Source: Euglena gracilis
Lineage: Eukaryota
Direction: 5' to 3'
DNA: 64,000 nt
NCBI GenBank assembly: GCA_039621445.1
Contig: CP154954.1
Coordinates: forward strand, 5,619,919 to 5,683,918
The position numbers were made by a program, and so were the translations under genes. Below, one piece after another: positions 1-12,712 of this stretch; the first letter of the stretch is position 1; each line of letters begins with the position of its first letter. The notes under the pieces were generated by a model. That model did no database searches and was not told the origin of the DNA. It worked only from the letters and a program-made list of their open reading frames with translations.

Positions 1-848
1 GTGTAAATCGCGTAATATTGGGCTAATCCCAAAAATACCTTTAAATGCGTTAAGGTCTTAATGACCTCAGGAGTCCATTTCTTAATGGCCTCCATCTTAC
101 TGGGTGCGGCTTTACGCTGCCCGTTGCTCAGGATATGCCTGCAAAACTTAATAATTTTGCGGAACAGGTACATTTTGGAACCCTTCACAAAAAGCACATG
201 CTTTTGGAACGCGGATAATACCGCCCGCACATCGCGATAATGCGGTTCGAGGATATCCTCGCCCGATTTCGCGGATGGCGGTTGGGTTCCCACCAGTACA
301 TCATCGATGTACACCAGAGCAAACGGTAAATCGCGCAAAACCCACTGGATCATGCGTTGAAACATGGCTGGGCCATTCTTAACACCCATGGGGAGTACCG
401 TCCGTTGGTACACACCCTTGGATGTCACGAATGCCGTGTACGGTTGCGAATCAGGATGCAAATGCATCTGATGGAAACCGTCTTCCAGATCAAAGATTGA
501 CCACAACCGGTTATCCGATTGTCTGGTGATCAAATCCTCGATCACCGGTAACGGGAAGGGGTCATCCTTCGTTTGTGAGTTCAGGTACCGGTAATCCAGC
601 ACTAGTCTCCACTTCTTCTGACCAGACTGGTCAGCTGGTTTGGGCACCACAAAAGCTTGTGATGTCCACTCGCTCTTGGAAGGGATAATCCACTTCCGCT
701 GGATGAGCTTCTCAATCATCTCGTTGAGAGCTTGTTCGCGTTCACCCGAACAACGGAAGAATTTCCGGTGCATGGGTTTAGCGCCATCCTTGAGCTCGAT
801 TTTGCAAACACCGAACGGGCCGTGAATCGCGGGGTCGATGTCGCAGGC

Positions 849-1514
849 TTAAACTGGGTTATCCAGTACACCATGGAATTCGCGAGTAATTCGCGAACAA
901 TAGTCAGCAGACTTGGGGTGTTGGTCCGCACTCTCAATGACCGCAGAAATCTGCGTTGAGGGTGTGGCCTCCCCATTGGTACCAAGGTATCTTGGCACAC
1001 GCAAATCGGATATTCCGAATGCGTCAAAGAAACAAATGCGAAAAATGATTTCTTTAACAGGTGGTAATAATAAACCACAAAAATCCTCAAATAGTGGTAC
1101 ATCAGCGGGTAAATCCCACCAATGAAAACACACATAGGACAATTGGTGAAACCAATCCGCATTCGGATTGACGGGTATGAGGAGAGCTCCTCGCGCTTCA
1201 TCGCGGAGGATTTTCTCCACCACATCCGGGATAAGTTTTGGGGGAGGGTGCATCCAGAGCACCGTATCACCCCAAAATTTAGCAAATGCGTTGGAATGTC
1301 GCGACCAATATCGCGACAAGCGCGCATGCGCTGTTGATGAAAACGCATCAATTTCCAACGACAAATCGAAGGAATCAGCCAAAGCCGCGATCTTGGAGAA
1401 CCATTCCTCCAAAATACGGTATTGGCCAAAATTAAAGGCGTTCCATACGCGCATCGCGTATGTGTTGACCTGGTTCGCGGTTGAAGAGGGGTAACGCAAT
1501 TCAGGGATCCGCAA
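849..1514 (-). pseudogene. N6-adenine DNA methyltransferase-like domain at the start of the RT frame (copy A, premature stop)
   Basis: EIDAFSS...NAF..FW..VLWMHPPP..IP.VVEKI....ALLIP....WF aligns by eye with the DIRS MTase domain in this window (VDMFAS...NAL...VYANPPW). Confidence 0.8.
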
Positions 1515-2322
1515 ACATAGGTCAAGGGTGTGTCATCCACACTCCCTAGGGGCATTCCCAAGGGTTGATGGGTTGGATGGGTGCATACCCAGTCCATATC
1601 ATGCCAGATGGAGGTGGGGGAGGTGTGTGACACGGATTTCGCGGTCCCAAACAACAAGGCAATACCTCGTTGTTGGAGCACTTGATGTACGGTCGCGCAT
1701 TGCGATCCGCAACCAAGTGTATGGGCGAGCGAAATCGGGATTTGTGTTGGTGTTTGGACTAGACATCCACAATCGAAATCTGGCTGGGCGGAAATTCTCC
1801 TACAGTGCACACATTGGTAGGAAGTGTCGGAGTAGTGGTCCTGGTCGCGCATGTTGGTCTGGTGAGGGTGTGTGTAAAAGTTGGGATGCGCTTTTGAAGC
1901 TGCTGGGGGGTGTACAGATGTATCTGAAAGCGATACATCTGGTGGAAAACGGGGTATTGATGCAGCTGGGCGACTACTCGACACTGTGATCACTTCAGGC
2001 CTTTGGGCTTTCGTCTTGTAACCCAGTGAAACGAGGGGGGTACCGCTACTCGCTTGCCCTGCCTCATGGGAAACGGAACTTGGTGTGTCAATGGGCAGGG
2101 GGTGAACTTTCTCGGTACACCCGGTGTAGAAAACGTTGGTGGGTGTGGTTGGTAACGGGGTAAAATTTTTCGAAAACGGTGTGGAAAAATTGGTGGTCGT
2201 CGCGGTTGACGCCACAGGTGATGAAGGTTTGGGGGGCAATGAAGAGAATGGTGATGTGCGCAAACCGTGGGAGTGGCAATCCACTACCAGCCGGTGCTGA
2301 CGTAAAAAGGGGTATTCCAGAA

Positions 2323-2823
2323 TTATGTCAGAACCGTGGATTCCAGATTCGTATCCCCAGGTATCCGGAAAATTTTGCGGTTGGGGGGGGGTGAGTGGTG
2401 CTTGGGGATGAGGGGTAGGACAATGTCCAAAAAGCATCCCAAGTCACCACCGCACATGGGGGTGTTGTCAGCCGTCGTAATTTTGATCGGCTTCTTGGCT
2501 TTCACCAAGAGGGGGGTTGGTATCAACCCGAACCGAAAAAGTAGTGCAATGCGACAACCAGTGTCAATGATAATTTTGACTTTTGCACAAAAATTTTGGA
2601 TTTTGATTTCCGCCTGGACTAAAAGTTCCATGGGGGGTAAGCAAAGCGAAGGGTCTGGCGAAAATACGTTTTCTTGCCAGCTTTCCCATGAACCCTTTCC
2701 TACTTTGCACAACATTCCGAGCGGAAAGTTGGAGTGGGGGGTGGGGGACCCGAAAATTTTCCGGGTACCGACCAGAAAGGCAGATGGGCAGGGGGGGCAG
2801 GGTTGATCAGGTCCTACCTCCAT
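2323..2823 (-). pseudogene. Retroviral-type aspartic protease (copy A, frameshifted)
   Basis: KIIIDTGCRIALL motif. The C-terminal DIILEYPFL lies in the next frame after a G9 run. Confidence 0.85.
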
Positions 2824-5800
2824 CTGTTCATCAGCCCAGTGGTCCGTGCCCTCGGACCTCGGGCTCCCCTACTCCAGGTCCGAACCGGCCGAATAGCCGG
2901 CTATGGGCCTTTTAGAGGTATACACGGCTTTCAACGTGCGCACCGCCATGCGGGCCTCGTCGAAATCGGTATCCCTGGTCTCATCCCCCTCCCTGCCCGA
3001 AGCCGGGGTGTCATCCTCCAAACAAGATATCTTGAAACCGACTTTATGGCGGTTGGAGGAGTGACCCTTGTCACCGCGATTCATACCGCGATGACGTTGG
3101 CCAGGGCGGGGAGAACGAGAACGCGGACATTTGGATGAGTGGTGATCACTCGATCCACAAAGCGAACACCGAGATTTGTGTCGCGATTTTGGGAAACGGG
3201 GGGATCGGTTTCCCGATTTCCCGTCAAACCGCCGTGGTGACCGGGTATCCCGTCGACCATGACCGGTGTATCGGGGTTTTCCCGATGAGGATCACGAAGA
3301 GGATGATCCGCTTCGCGAACGCGATCGCGATGCCTCGCGATGAGAATCACGCTTCTTGGCCGGGGCACCGGGTGACCTACCCCGAGGGGTACCGTGTTTC
3401 CGCTCATCGCGGAACGGGATCCGGGGGCTAATACCACCGGAACGGGGACCCGATGACCGTGAATTGCCCGATTGGCGTGAAAACGCGGAGGAACCCGAAC
3501 CTTGTGATGAGGTCGAGCCTCGCGGACTCTGAATACGCTTACGCGCTTCAGGATTAGGACATTCCCGAGACATATGTCCCGATTTGTTGCACAAAAAGCA
3601 CACTTTATCCGTGGCTTGGTCCGAAGAACGCGGATATCGCGTTTTCGATCCCGTGGTGGGTGAAGTGGGTGAAACCGGTGATTTTTGCAATCCACTCACC
3701 GCACCAGCCGGTAATCCAGCGGTTGGGTGTGCGTTATACGCGGATTGAATCTGACCAAGAAGCTGTGATAGCTTCAATTGCTTGGAAACGTAGTTCCAGC
3801 GTTGGTCAAGAGTCATTGGATGACTCGCCAACTCCTCACGATGGATATCCTTGATGAGGCTAGGCGTGAAATGCATGAGAACAGCGTCAAACTGTTCGCG
3901 CATTTGCTTTTCACTGAGTTCATCCACTTCAGCGGCAAGTCCTAACCATTTGGCATACCAAAGGTCAATGGACTTACATTTGCGGTCGGGTGGGGCGCAT
4001 CCACTTGGTCTCCAGGGTAATCCTAGCGACCAAACTTGAACTGGTGGAAGCGTATTGCTCCACCAGGTCATCAAAGGAAACGCGGTAGCGAATGACGAGT
4101 TGTCGCGCGCGCTCCTTCTCATCCCTAGGGAGGCAATCAATGAATTCCATCTTGATCACCTCCGGGTTTGTGTCCTGGGTTGGCCCTTTCAATGCCCAGT
4201 AGTACTCCCAGTCCCGGAAAAACTGTCTCCATGTGGTTGGGTCACCGTCCCATTGGGGTTTCACCTTATTCGCGATTGCGATGGTGCCCTTGAAGTCTTT
4301 CTGAAAAACCCGTTGGCCCTCGGTGGTATTCCGTGGATTCGGGCCCGGGTACGCTCGAGCACCAAGCGTATTCTTTCCGGATTCTTGTCGGAATCGCGAA
4401 ATTTCTGGTGAAGGTGAATCCTGGTACCGGAAATCCGGTCGCAAACCCTGTTGGTCACCCGTAATAGGGGGACACTCCGGTGTGGGGGTATGTCGCACAT
4501 GCAACATGTGACCCACTCGTGGTGTACGGGTTTAGCTCATTCCACGCACAAGCATGAAATGATGGATTTCTTGGTGGAGACTTGGTGGAATCGCCGTGTT
4601 TTCCGAAAATTCGGTTCCCGTAATGGGAAATTCATCCGAAAACTGGTTTTGAGTTGTAGGCAAGGCCAATGGTGGCACAATTCGCGGAATCGCGGATTGT
4701 GACACTCGGGACACGGGTGGTCGTGGTGGATGTGCACCTTGATTCGGGTTGTGGAAACGCGAATCTGGAGCATCTGGCGCATCTTCGGCAATGCATACTG
4801 CCGAATTGCAGTGTGAAACCCGCTGTTGGTTGGACACATTATCCAAACCCACAGACAAGTCATGCACACTTTGCTCCAAATGCTCAACGAGTTGGAGTTG
4901 GCCGCAAATACGGTCAACTTCATCCTCCAAAGCGCGAATACGCTTGCGGTAACGGGAAAAGCCATCCAAGTGCGGAATCCTTTCGGAAATTCCGGTAACA
5001 TCTTGGACAAGTTTCCCGTGAGACTTATCCAATAATTGGAGTTGTCCCATTAATGCTTTTACAGCATTTGAGAGAATCTGCAAAGGTGATGTCACCGTGG
5101 TTGGTGTGGTGGTGGGTGCAACCGGTGCAGGGTTATCCGAGAACGCGGCTGTGGTACCCACGGGCAAATTTCCGGGTGGTGGCTTATCCAACAACGCGGA
5201 AATCCGCTCATCCAACCTGGTAATCTCACCTTGCGTGGATCAGGCATTCCGATTCACCGATTCCTCAAGCCGTAATAGGCTGTTGCAGAAATCTTGCAAG
5301 GTTTCCTGATTGTTAGTGAGCATTTTGTCATAAAATGCCTTGAAATCAGGGTTCTCGGTAATCCGAGAACTGGAACCTGCAGGCAAAGACTGCATTTCCG
5401 TTACTTTGGTAGACACCGATGCATACCGGGTCTGGAGTTCCCCAATAGCAGTCTGAATGCCGCTAATGTCTGGAACTGGGTGGGAAAGTGCAGAATAGCT
5501 TTGTTGCAAACCCGCAATGGCCGAGTTAATCCCGCCAATGTCGGATTGCAACTGCAACTGCAGGGAATCCTGCCGTTGTGCTATTTCCGCGACTTTCGCG
5601 ATCAGATTGGATAATCCAACCCGATTCGCGTCACAATAGCAGGTTTTCTGCTCCAAACGGGAAAGTCGCTCCTCCAACTGCCGCACATACGTGTGGGGAG
5701 CAAAATTCTCGTTGGCTTGTGACTGGAATTGCCGAAACTTTTCCGTTTCATCGCACAACTGCATAATGCGGTGTTGCGATTCATGGAAAGTTGCAGACAA

Positions 5801-5891
5801 TGTGGTGAAATGGTCCATAGACACAAATCCACCACTGCTGGATGTTGCAGACGAGGAATCTCGTGCATGCAACTGTTGTTGCAAATGCAAC

Positions 5892-5904
5892 NNNNNNNNN
5901 NNNN
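5892..5904. other. Assembly gap (13 N)
   Basis: Run of N. Flanks are gag of copy A and the 3' ORF of copy B. Confidence 0.99.
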
Positions 5905-8030
5905 CAGCCACACATGGAGGTTGTTGCACCACAACACCTCGATCAGGCGTTCGATGTCAGGGTGTAGTGGGTAGAATTCCCACTGTACGCCGAGGGGTCC
6001 GACTGTATGAATACAGTCGAAGACTGCCTTCAGCCTTCGGGCCAACACACGCTGGTCCCGAAAACCCAACTGGTGCAGGTAACTGCGACCAGTGGAGTCG
6101 CTGAAGAGACCCCAGTTCTGGCAGGGGTATCCCAGCCAAAACCAGAGCTCCCAGAAACCCGGCTGGGCATCCAGCAAGGGTCTGCCACCTTCACCTTCGA
6201 AGGCGTACAGATCTATTCCGTAATGGAATAGTCTGACTCTGTTCTCGGTGTGGCGTAATACCACATCGATGACTGCTTGTGGAGGGGTGACGGGGCGGTT
6301 TCCTGCAACATGGTAATCATGCTGCATTCGCCAGCCTTCGTCCTCCAGCTCCTCCTTGAACCTGAGCATATGCTCAAAGTCCGAGAGGACTTCCGCTGGT
6401 TCCTCTTCCTCCTCACGTGATGTTCCCTTACCTTTACCCTCACCCTTCCCTTTGCCGGCCACGCCTTTGCCTTCTCCCTTGCCTTTGCCCTCGGCCTTGC
6501 CTGTCTCCTTTCCCGTCTGGCGAATACCAGAGGGTCGGGCGCTCGGTGCCGCAGGAGTCGGTTCGGTTCCTTCCCATTCCATCTCTGGGGAGGGACCTGG
6601 CCGCTCCGCTGCACGTCGCGGTGATGGCGTGGCTGGGCGCTGGCTAGGAGTCTGGCGTGGGCTTGGCTTCGACGCAGGGGGTCGCGGCTCCTTCCATACC
6701 GGAGGGATCGGCGGTGGCATAGCGGCAACAGGACGGCTCATCGCCACCTGTGCCTCCGGTGGTCGTCCAGCCGGGGTATCCTGGCTGGCTTCCACCTGCA
6801 TTGCCACACCGCCTTCCGCGTCCCGTGGGCTGGGGTGTAAGGTTTTCCGTAGCCCTGTCGCGCTTCAGGGTGGCAGGTAATACTGCCACACCTGCCCGGG
6901 GCTCACCGGGTAATACCGGGGTTGCCACCCGCAGCTGCGGCTGGGACGGATGGTTAGGGGGTGTATCCACGGCCCTGAAGGGCAGCCAGAGAGGAGTAAT
7001 ACCTCGTCCGGTGCTCTTCAGACGCGAATACTGGCTCCTGCAGGAAGTGCCGAGCAAGCTCATCCTGCTCGGTTCCCGGAGGTGCCATGTGATAGTAGGG
7101 AGTCTCCTGCCGACGGGGGATATCCCCAGTCTGGACAGGAGCTGCACTGGGCGGTCGGGCTGCCTCACGGTGGGGAGGTTCATCCTCCACCACTATGGGC
7201 TCCGCCTGCCTCCGTGGCTCAACGCCAGGGACAGGGGCGACCGGTGATGCCTGTGACATGTGTTGGACGTATGCCTCAGGGGGCACGTCCGACTGTCCGG
7301 CCGGGAGCACGCGTGCGCCGCGCGGGTAATCCGCGTGCGTCGCGTACCGCGAGACAAATTGCTCCGCTGGCGGCTCGCGCGGCGGCATTCGCTGCGGCGA
7401 GAGCGGGCGAGCAAAAATTCTCGTCATCCCAGGTGGGACATGCACAGCCTCACCTACCGGTGGGGGCGTGTGCTCACGCATATGCACGGTGTGGGATCCC
7501 ACCGGCGTCTGCGTTTGCAGCATGGGCGGCACATACACGCCCAGGTCCATCATTGTCTCGCCAGGCTCGAATCCGGAATCGGATGCCGACGAGAAATACC
7601 GTCTCCCCGTCATCAGGGCTTGACCACAGGGACACCACTGAGCCACCGGGGTGTTGGCTACCACCAACAACTGAGCACAGTATGCATCCCAAAGGGCTTG
7701 CATAAAGGGCTCCGTTGGGGGGTGTGCGCACATACGCATCGCCCGCTCCAACGTCTCCGTAGTGCGGAAGATCATCTCTCCCGCATACGGGGGCAGGCGC
7801 GATCTGCGCTGCGCTGGTGGCTGAGGTGCCGGCTGCTGGACGGCAGATGGATCTGGTACCGCATATGCGGACCGGCTGCTGGTAGCCGCGGCGAATACCG
7901 GGGCTGAAACCCTCTCAGCATGTGGGGCACCCGAAATCGGGGCCTCAGCATACTGAGGGTACTGGGGGTATGGCGCGCCAGAAGGCTGCGGCCATGGTGG
8001 ACCTGGTCCAGGTCCGCGCCCAGGCAGCAT
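5905..8030 (-). CDS. Extra ORF(s) downstream of integrase: Pro-rich protein of unknown function (6954-8030 and 5905-6807, probably one frameshifted ORF)
   Basis: 358-aa and ~300-aa GC-rich ORFs on the same strand as pol. GKGKGEGKG low-complexity tract followed by a globular-looking W/C-rich segment that runs into the gap. Confidence 0.55.
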
Positions 8031-8132
8031 GATGCTACCCGAACGACGACGACAACCAAGGGTAACCTTGTTGTCAGTCGCTTTGAGTGCTGGTGCACTG
8101 AAAGAGGTAGGCTTCCATCTTAATCAAAAACT

Positions 8133-8162
8133 CTGCGAGAAAGATAGAGAAAGAAGGAAGTG
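8133..8162 (-). promoter_or_regulatory. Putative splice/trans-splice acceptor (polypyrimidine tract + CAG)
   Basis: Minus strand reads CACTTCCTTCTTTCTCTATCTTTCTCGCAG, ~100 nt upstream of the ATG at 8030. Confidence 0.5.
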
Positions 8163-8225
8163 CAGGGGGGGTATAAACGCGAAACATTCACATAAAACAC
8201 ACGCATTCTCCAAAACGAAATCGTT

Positions 8226-8576
8226 TCAGAAAGTGTTTATGTTTATGTCTATGTGATTGCGCTTGTTCCACAGCTTCCAATCCTGCTGGATATATCCAAC
8301 AAAACTGGATGCTGGCTCCCAAGTGTCCTCCTCTGGCCCATACCCTTTCCAACGAACTTTCCAGTAGTGCACACCCCTGTCGACCTTGTGGTCTATTATC
8401 CTATCGACCACAAAATCGTCCGTTTCAGGTAATCTGGAACGGGGCTTGAAATATAGGCAGGGGATAGCTTTTCCGTCTGGGGGGCTTAGGTACGGTTTGA
8501 AGTCGTCCATATGGACGTCCTCAATCCCGTTGGGCAAGGCAACTTTATATCGCCCGCTACTACCTAACCTCTCCAA
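8226..8576 (-). pseudogene. Integrase C-terminus with chromodomain
   Basis: [10 protein letters not shown]...[22 protein letters not shown] is a chromodomain consensus. Separated from the IN core by an in-frame stop. Confidence 0.92.
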
Positions 8577-8579
8577 TAT

Positions 8580-10142
8580 TTAGCATGGGCCGAGCCAAAG
8601 AGGATCTAGCTTGGAAGATTGCATGCGGGTGCGGTTATTCCGTACCCACACGCGGTCACCTGGACTATACACAGGTGTGTTTAAGTTTTGTAAAAACGAT
8701 TTCCGTTTGTTGGAATGAATTTCTGTGTTACGTGATTGGACTGCAGAGCGGAGTGATTCCACTTCTGCAAACCACGTTTCACAGCTGACGCTACTTCGGG
8801 CATGTCTCTCCGAGGGGATATCCCCTATGGCCGGAGGGTCTCGTCCGAAAACAATTTTGTACGGTGAGTGTGGTAATACCAACCCTGGCAAGGTATTGAT
8901 GTAAAACAAACACCAGTGAAGAACGGATAAACAATTCTTACCCGAGTCAGCCAGTGAAAGGCGAAGCATATTGACAACGGATTTCACGGCCGCCTCGGCT
9001 CTACTATTGCCTTTTGGGCGGTATATAATGGAAAAATGCTGCTCAATGCCGAGTAAACCGCACAAAGTTGTGAAAAACCGCGAAGAGATCAAGTGATCTT
9101 GATCACTCACGATTTCGTTCGGTAAACCCATTAAGCAGATACAACAAAAACGTAACCGTAAATTTTGTCATCTGATCCTTTGCAAGGTTCAAGTTCGAGA
9201 AATATCCATGCAGAGGGACGTAAAAATGTCTGGTGGTACGGGGAAAAAGTCCATCGTACCAGGGGGGGTACCTCTGCGCGGTTTCACAGCCTGACAAATT
9301 TGGCACCGTTGCGAAATTCGCAAACAGCGCGAATATAAATCTTTTACACTCAGGGTTGTGCAACATCTGCGACCCACTAGTGAAAGAAGTTTGGGGGCCC
9401 CAGGGTGACCATGGTTGTGATAGCTGAAAATCACATCATCAACCAGGTCTTGGGGTATACAATATTTATAACCAGAATCATTCCGGAAAATAAGCCGCAA
9501 TGGTGATAGAGAGTAATTCTCTATAGATTCACCATTACGAAGTCTATTCACAATGGTACTATATATAGGGTCACGCGAATAATCCCATTCGCGGAAAAAT
9601 AGGGGGGTAGGAGTTTCCGTACGCGTAATGCGACGGGGTCCGGCAGTGCGTCCACGCCGGCGCCTTCCACGCAATGGTGAAATGGCGATGCTGCGATATA
9701 CCCGGGAAACGGGTAGTGAATCGAGCATGTTGTCCGCAGCGTCGGATCGACGTGCGAACTGGTCAGCCTCATGGCTGCCATGAAAAGTCGCATCACCCTC
9801 ATCCGGGTTCCCAGGATAATACCAGGGGGCTCGGCTGAGAGGATTCGCAACTTTTTGCGTGTGACCTGGGGTATAGATAACCACCAGGTTAAACTGGCTC
9901 AAGAACTCATGCCATCGGCATCTTCTGCCCACTGATGACATGGCCTTGTTCAGGTCCTCGGTATACCAGTGTTGAAGGCTCTCATGATCCGTCAACACAA
10001 GTATCTGGACCAAGCTGCTGGCTATCCAGCTGCGGAATTGCTGGAGAATAAGCACAATGGCATATGTCTCCTTTTCGCGAATGCTCCATTTAACCTGTCC
10101 TTTCCCGTTGTCGCCCTGTAGCTTCCTGCTGAAGAAAGCCAC
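8580..10142 (-). pseudogene. RNase H C-terminus and integrase (HHCC zinc finger + DDE core), frameshifted
   Basis: AFFSRKL...EKETYAI...LTDHESL; YHNHGHPG...CQICQ; GLPNEIVSDQD...NSRAE. Confidence 0.92.
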
Positions 10143-11902
10143 AGGTCGGAGGTCATTCGCCGCATTATGCAGGCTAAGAACCCCGCCAACAGCGTAATCG
10201 CTGCTGTCGACTTCCAGGACATACGGTTGTATGGATCCGCGATATCGAGAACCACGTTCTCGAGCAGCAAGTCCTTGATTTTATTCAAGGCCTCGCGCAT
10301 TTGGTCATCCCAAATGACTTTTGCGTTATCGGGTGTCCGATTTTTGAGTTGTCGGGTTAGGGGTACCCCGATTTTCGTGAAATCTTTCGTGTAAATCGCG
10401 TAATATTGGGCTAATCCCAAAAATACCTTTAAATGCGTTAAGGTCTTAATGACCTCAGGAGTCCATTTCTTAATGGCCTCCATCTTACTGGGTGCGGCTT
10501 TACGCTGCCCGTTGCTCAGGATATGCCTGCAAAACTTAATAATTTTGCGGAACAGGTACATTTTGGAACCCTTCACAAAAAGCACATGCTTTTGGAACGC
10601 GGATAATACCGCCCGCACATCGCGATAATGCGGTTCGAGGATATCCTCGCCCGATTTCGCGGATGGCGGTTGGGTTCCCACCAGTACATCATCGATGTAC
10701 ACCAGAGCAAACGGTAAATCGCGCAAAACCCACTGGATCATGCGTTGAAACATGGCTGGGCCATTCTTAACACCCATGGGGAGTACCGTCCATTGGTACA
10801 CACCCTTGGATGTCACGAATGCCGTGTACGGTTGCGAATCAGGATGCAAATGCATCTGATGGAAACCGTCTTCCAGATCAAAGATTGACCACAACCGGTT
10901 ATCCGATTGTCTGGTGATCAAATCCTCGATCACCGGTAACGGGAAGGGGTCATCCTTCGTTTGGGAGTTCAGGTACCGGTAATCCAGCACTAGTCTCCAC
11001 TTCTTCTGACCAGACTGGTCAGCTGGTTTGGGCACCACAAAAGCTTGTGATGTCCACTCGCTCTTGGAAGGGATAATCCACTTCCGCTGGATGAGCTTCT
11101 CAATCATCTCGTTGAGAGCTTGTTCGCGTTCACCCGAACAACGGAAGAATTTCCGGTGCATGGGTTTAGCGCCATCCTTGAGCTCGATTTTGCAAACACC
11201 GAACGGGCCGCGAATCGCGGGGTCGATGTCGCAGGCGTAAACTGGGTTATCCAGTACACCATGGAATTCGCGAGTAATTCGCGAACAATAGTCAGCAGAC
11301 TTGGGGTGTTGGTCCGCACTCTCAATGACCGCAGAAATCTGCGTTGAGGGTGTGGCCTCCCCATTGGTACCAAGGTATCTTGGCACACGCAAATCGGATA
11401 TTCCGAATGCGTCAAAGAAACAAATGCGAAAAATGATTTCTTTAACAGGTGGTAATAATAAACCACAAAAATCCTCAAATAGTGGTACATCAGCGGGTAA
11501 ATCCCACCAATGAAAACACACATAGGACAATTGGCGAAACCAATCCGCATTCGGATTGACGGGTATGAGGAGAGCTCCTCTCGCTTCTTCGCGGAGGATT
11601 TTCTCCACCACATCCGGGATAAGTTTTGGGGGAGGGTGCATCCAGAGCACCGTATCACCCCAAAATTTAGCAAATGCGTTGGAATGTCGCGACCAATATC
11701 GCGACAAGCGCGCATGCGCTGTTGATGAAAACGCATCAATTTCCAACGACAAATCGAAGGAATCAGCCAAAGCCGCGATCTTGGAGAACCATTCCTCCAA
11801 AATACGGTATTGGCCAAAATTAAAGGCGTTCCATACGCGCATCGCGTATGTGTTGACCTGGTTCGCGGTTGAAGAGGGGTAACGCAATTCAGGGATCCGC
11901 AA
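10022..11902 (-). CDS. Pol segment: N6-MTase-like domain (~11830-11410) fused in frame to reverse transcriptase
   Basis: 626-aa ORF with the MTase-like block, then WRLVLDYRYLN, FDLEDGFHQ, LPMGVKNGP, YIDDVLV. Confidence 0.93.
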   Translation of the reverse strand: MRIPELRYPSSTANQVNTYAMRVWNAFNFGQYRILEEWFSKIAALADSFDLSLEIDAFSSTAHARLSRYWSRHSNAFAKFWGDTVLWMHPPPKLIPDVVEKILREEARGALLIPVNPNADWFRQLSYVCFHWWDLPADVPLFEDFCGLLLPPVKEIIFRICFFDAFGISDLRVPRYLGTNGEATPSTQISAVIESADQHPKSADYCSRITREFHGVLDNPVYACDIDPAIRGPFGVCKIELKDGAKPMHRKFFRCSGEREQALNEMIEKLIQRKWIIPSKSEWTSQAFVVPKPADQSGQKKWRLVLDYRYLNSQTKDDPFPLPVIEDLITRQSDNRLWSIFDLEDGFHQMHLHPDSQPYTAFVTSKGVYQWTVLPMGVKNGPAMFQRMIQWVLRDLPFALVYIDDVLVGTQPPSAKSGEDILEPHYRDVRAVLSAFQKHVLFVKGSKMYLFRKIIKFCRHILSNGQRKAAPSKMEAIKKWTPEVIKTLTHLKVFLGLAQYYAIYTKDFTKIGVPLTRQLKNRTPDNAKVIWDDQMREALNKIKDLLLENVVLDIADPYNRMSWKSTAAITLLAGFLACIMRRMTSDLWLSSAGSYRATTGKDRLNGAFAKRRHMPLCLFSSNSAAG

Positions 11903-12712
11903 ACATAGGTCAAGGGTGTGTCATCCACACTCCCTAGGGGCATTCCCAAGGGTTGATGGGTTGGATGGGTGCATACCCAGTCCATATCATGCCAGATGGA
12001 GGTGGGGGAGGTGTGTGACACGGATTTCGCGGTCCCAAACAACAAGGCAATACCTCGTTGTTGGAGCACTTGATGTACGGTCGCGCATTGCGATCCGCAA
12101 CCAAGTGTATGGGCGAGCGAAATCGGGATTTGTGTTGGTGTTTGGACTAGACATCCACAATCGAAATCTGGCTGGGCGGAAATTCTCCTACAGTGCACAC
12201 ATTGGTAGGAAGTGTCGGAGTAGTGGTCCTGGTCGCGCATGTTGGTCTGGTGAGGGTGTGTGTAAAAGTTGGGATGCGCTTTTGAAGCTGCTGGGGGGTG
12301 TACAGATGTATCTGAAAGCGATACATCTGGTGGAAAACGGGGTATTGATGCAGCTGGGCGACTACTCGACACTGTGATCACTTCAGGCCTTTGGGCTTTC
12401 GTCTTGTAACCCAGTGAAACGAGGGGGGTACCGCTACTCGCTTGCCCTGCCTCATGGGAAACGGAACTTGGTGTGTGACAACGGGCAGGGGGTGAACTTT
12501 CTCGGTTCACCCGGTGTAGAAAACGTTGGTGGGTGTGGTTGGTAACGGGGTAAAATTTTTCGAAAACGGTGTGGAAAAATTGGTGGTCGTCGCGGTTGAC
12601 GCCACAGGTGATGAAGGTTTGGGGGGCAATGAAGAGAATGGTGATGTGCGCAAACCGTGGGAGTGGCAATCCACTACCAGCCGGTGCTGACGTAAAAAGG
12701 GGTATTCCAGAA

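Larger units (their letters stand above)
1..5891 (-). mobile_element. Ty3/Gypsy LTR retrotransposon family 1, copy A (partial: gag-PR-MTase-RT, cut by the window start and the N gap)
   Basis: Near-identical to 10389-16285 at an offset of ~10.39 kb. Gag zinc knuckle CFLCNKSGHMSREC, protease IIDTG, RT YIDD. Extra disablements: TAA at 849, 5-bp deletion near 4000, TAA at 4532. Confidence 0.95.

Noticed and set aside
716-1514. C-terminal part of the 573-aa ORF (and of 11104..12669) as a dual-coding gene over the MTase
   Set aside because: It is the off-frame continuation after a frameshift, with no recognisable motifs. The two copies are too similar for shared openness to be informative.
5240-6807. 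ORFs 5240..5932, 5602..6807 and 5691..6104 read as continuous proteins
   Set aside because: They cross the N gap and fuse unrelated sequence (gag of copy A with the 3' ORF of copy B).
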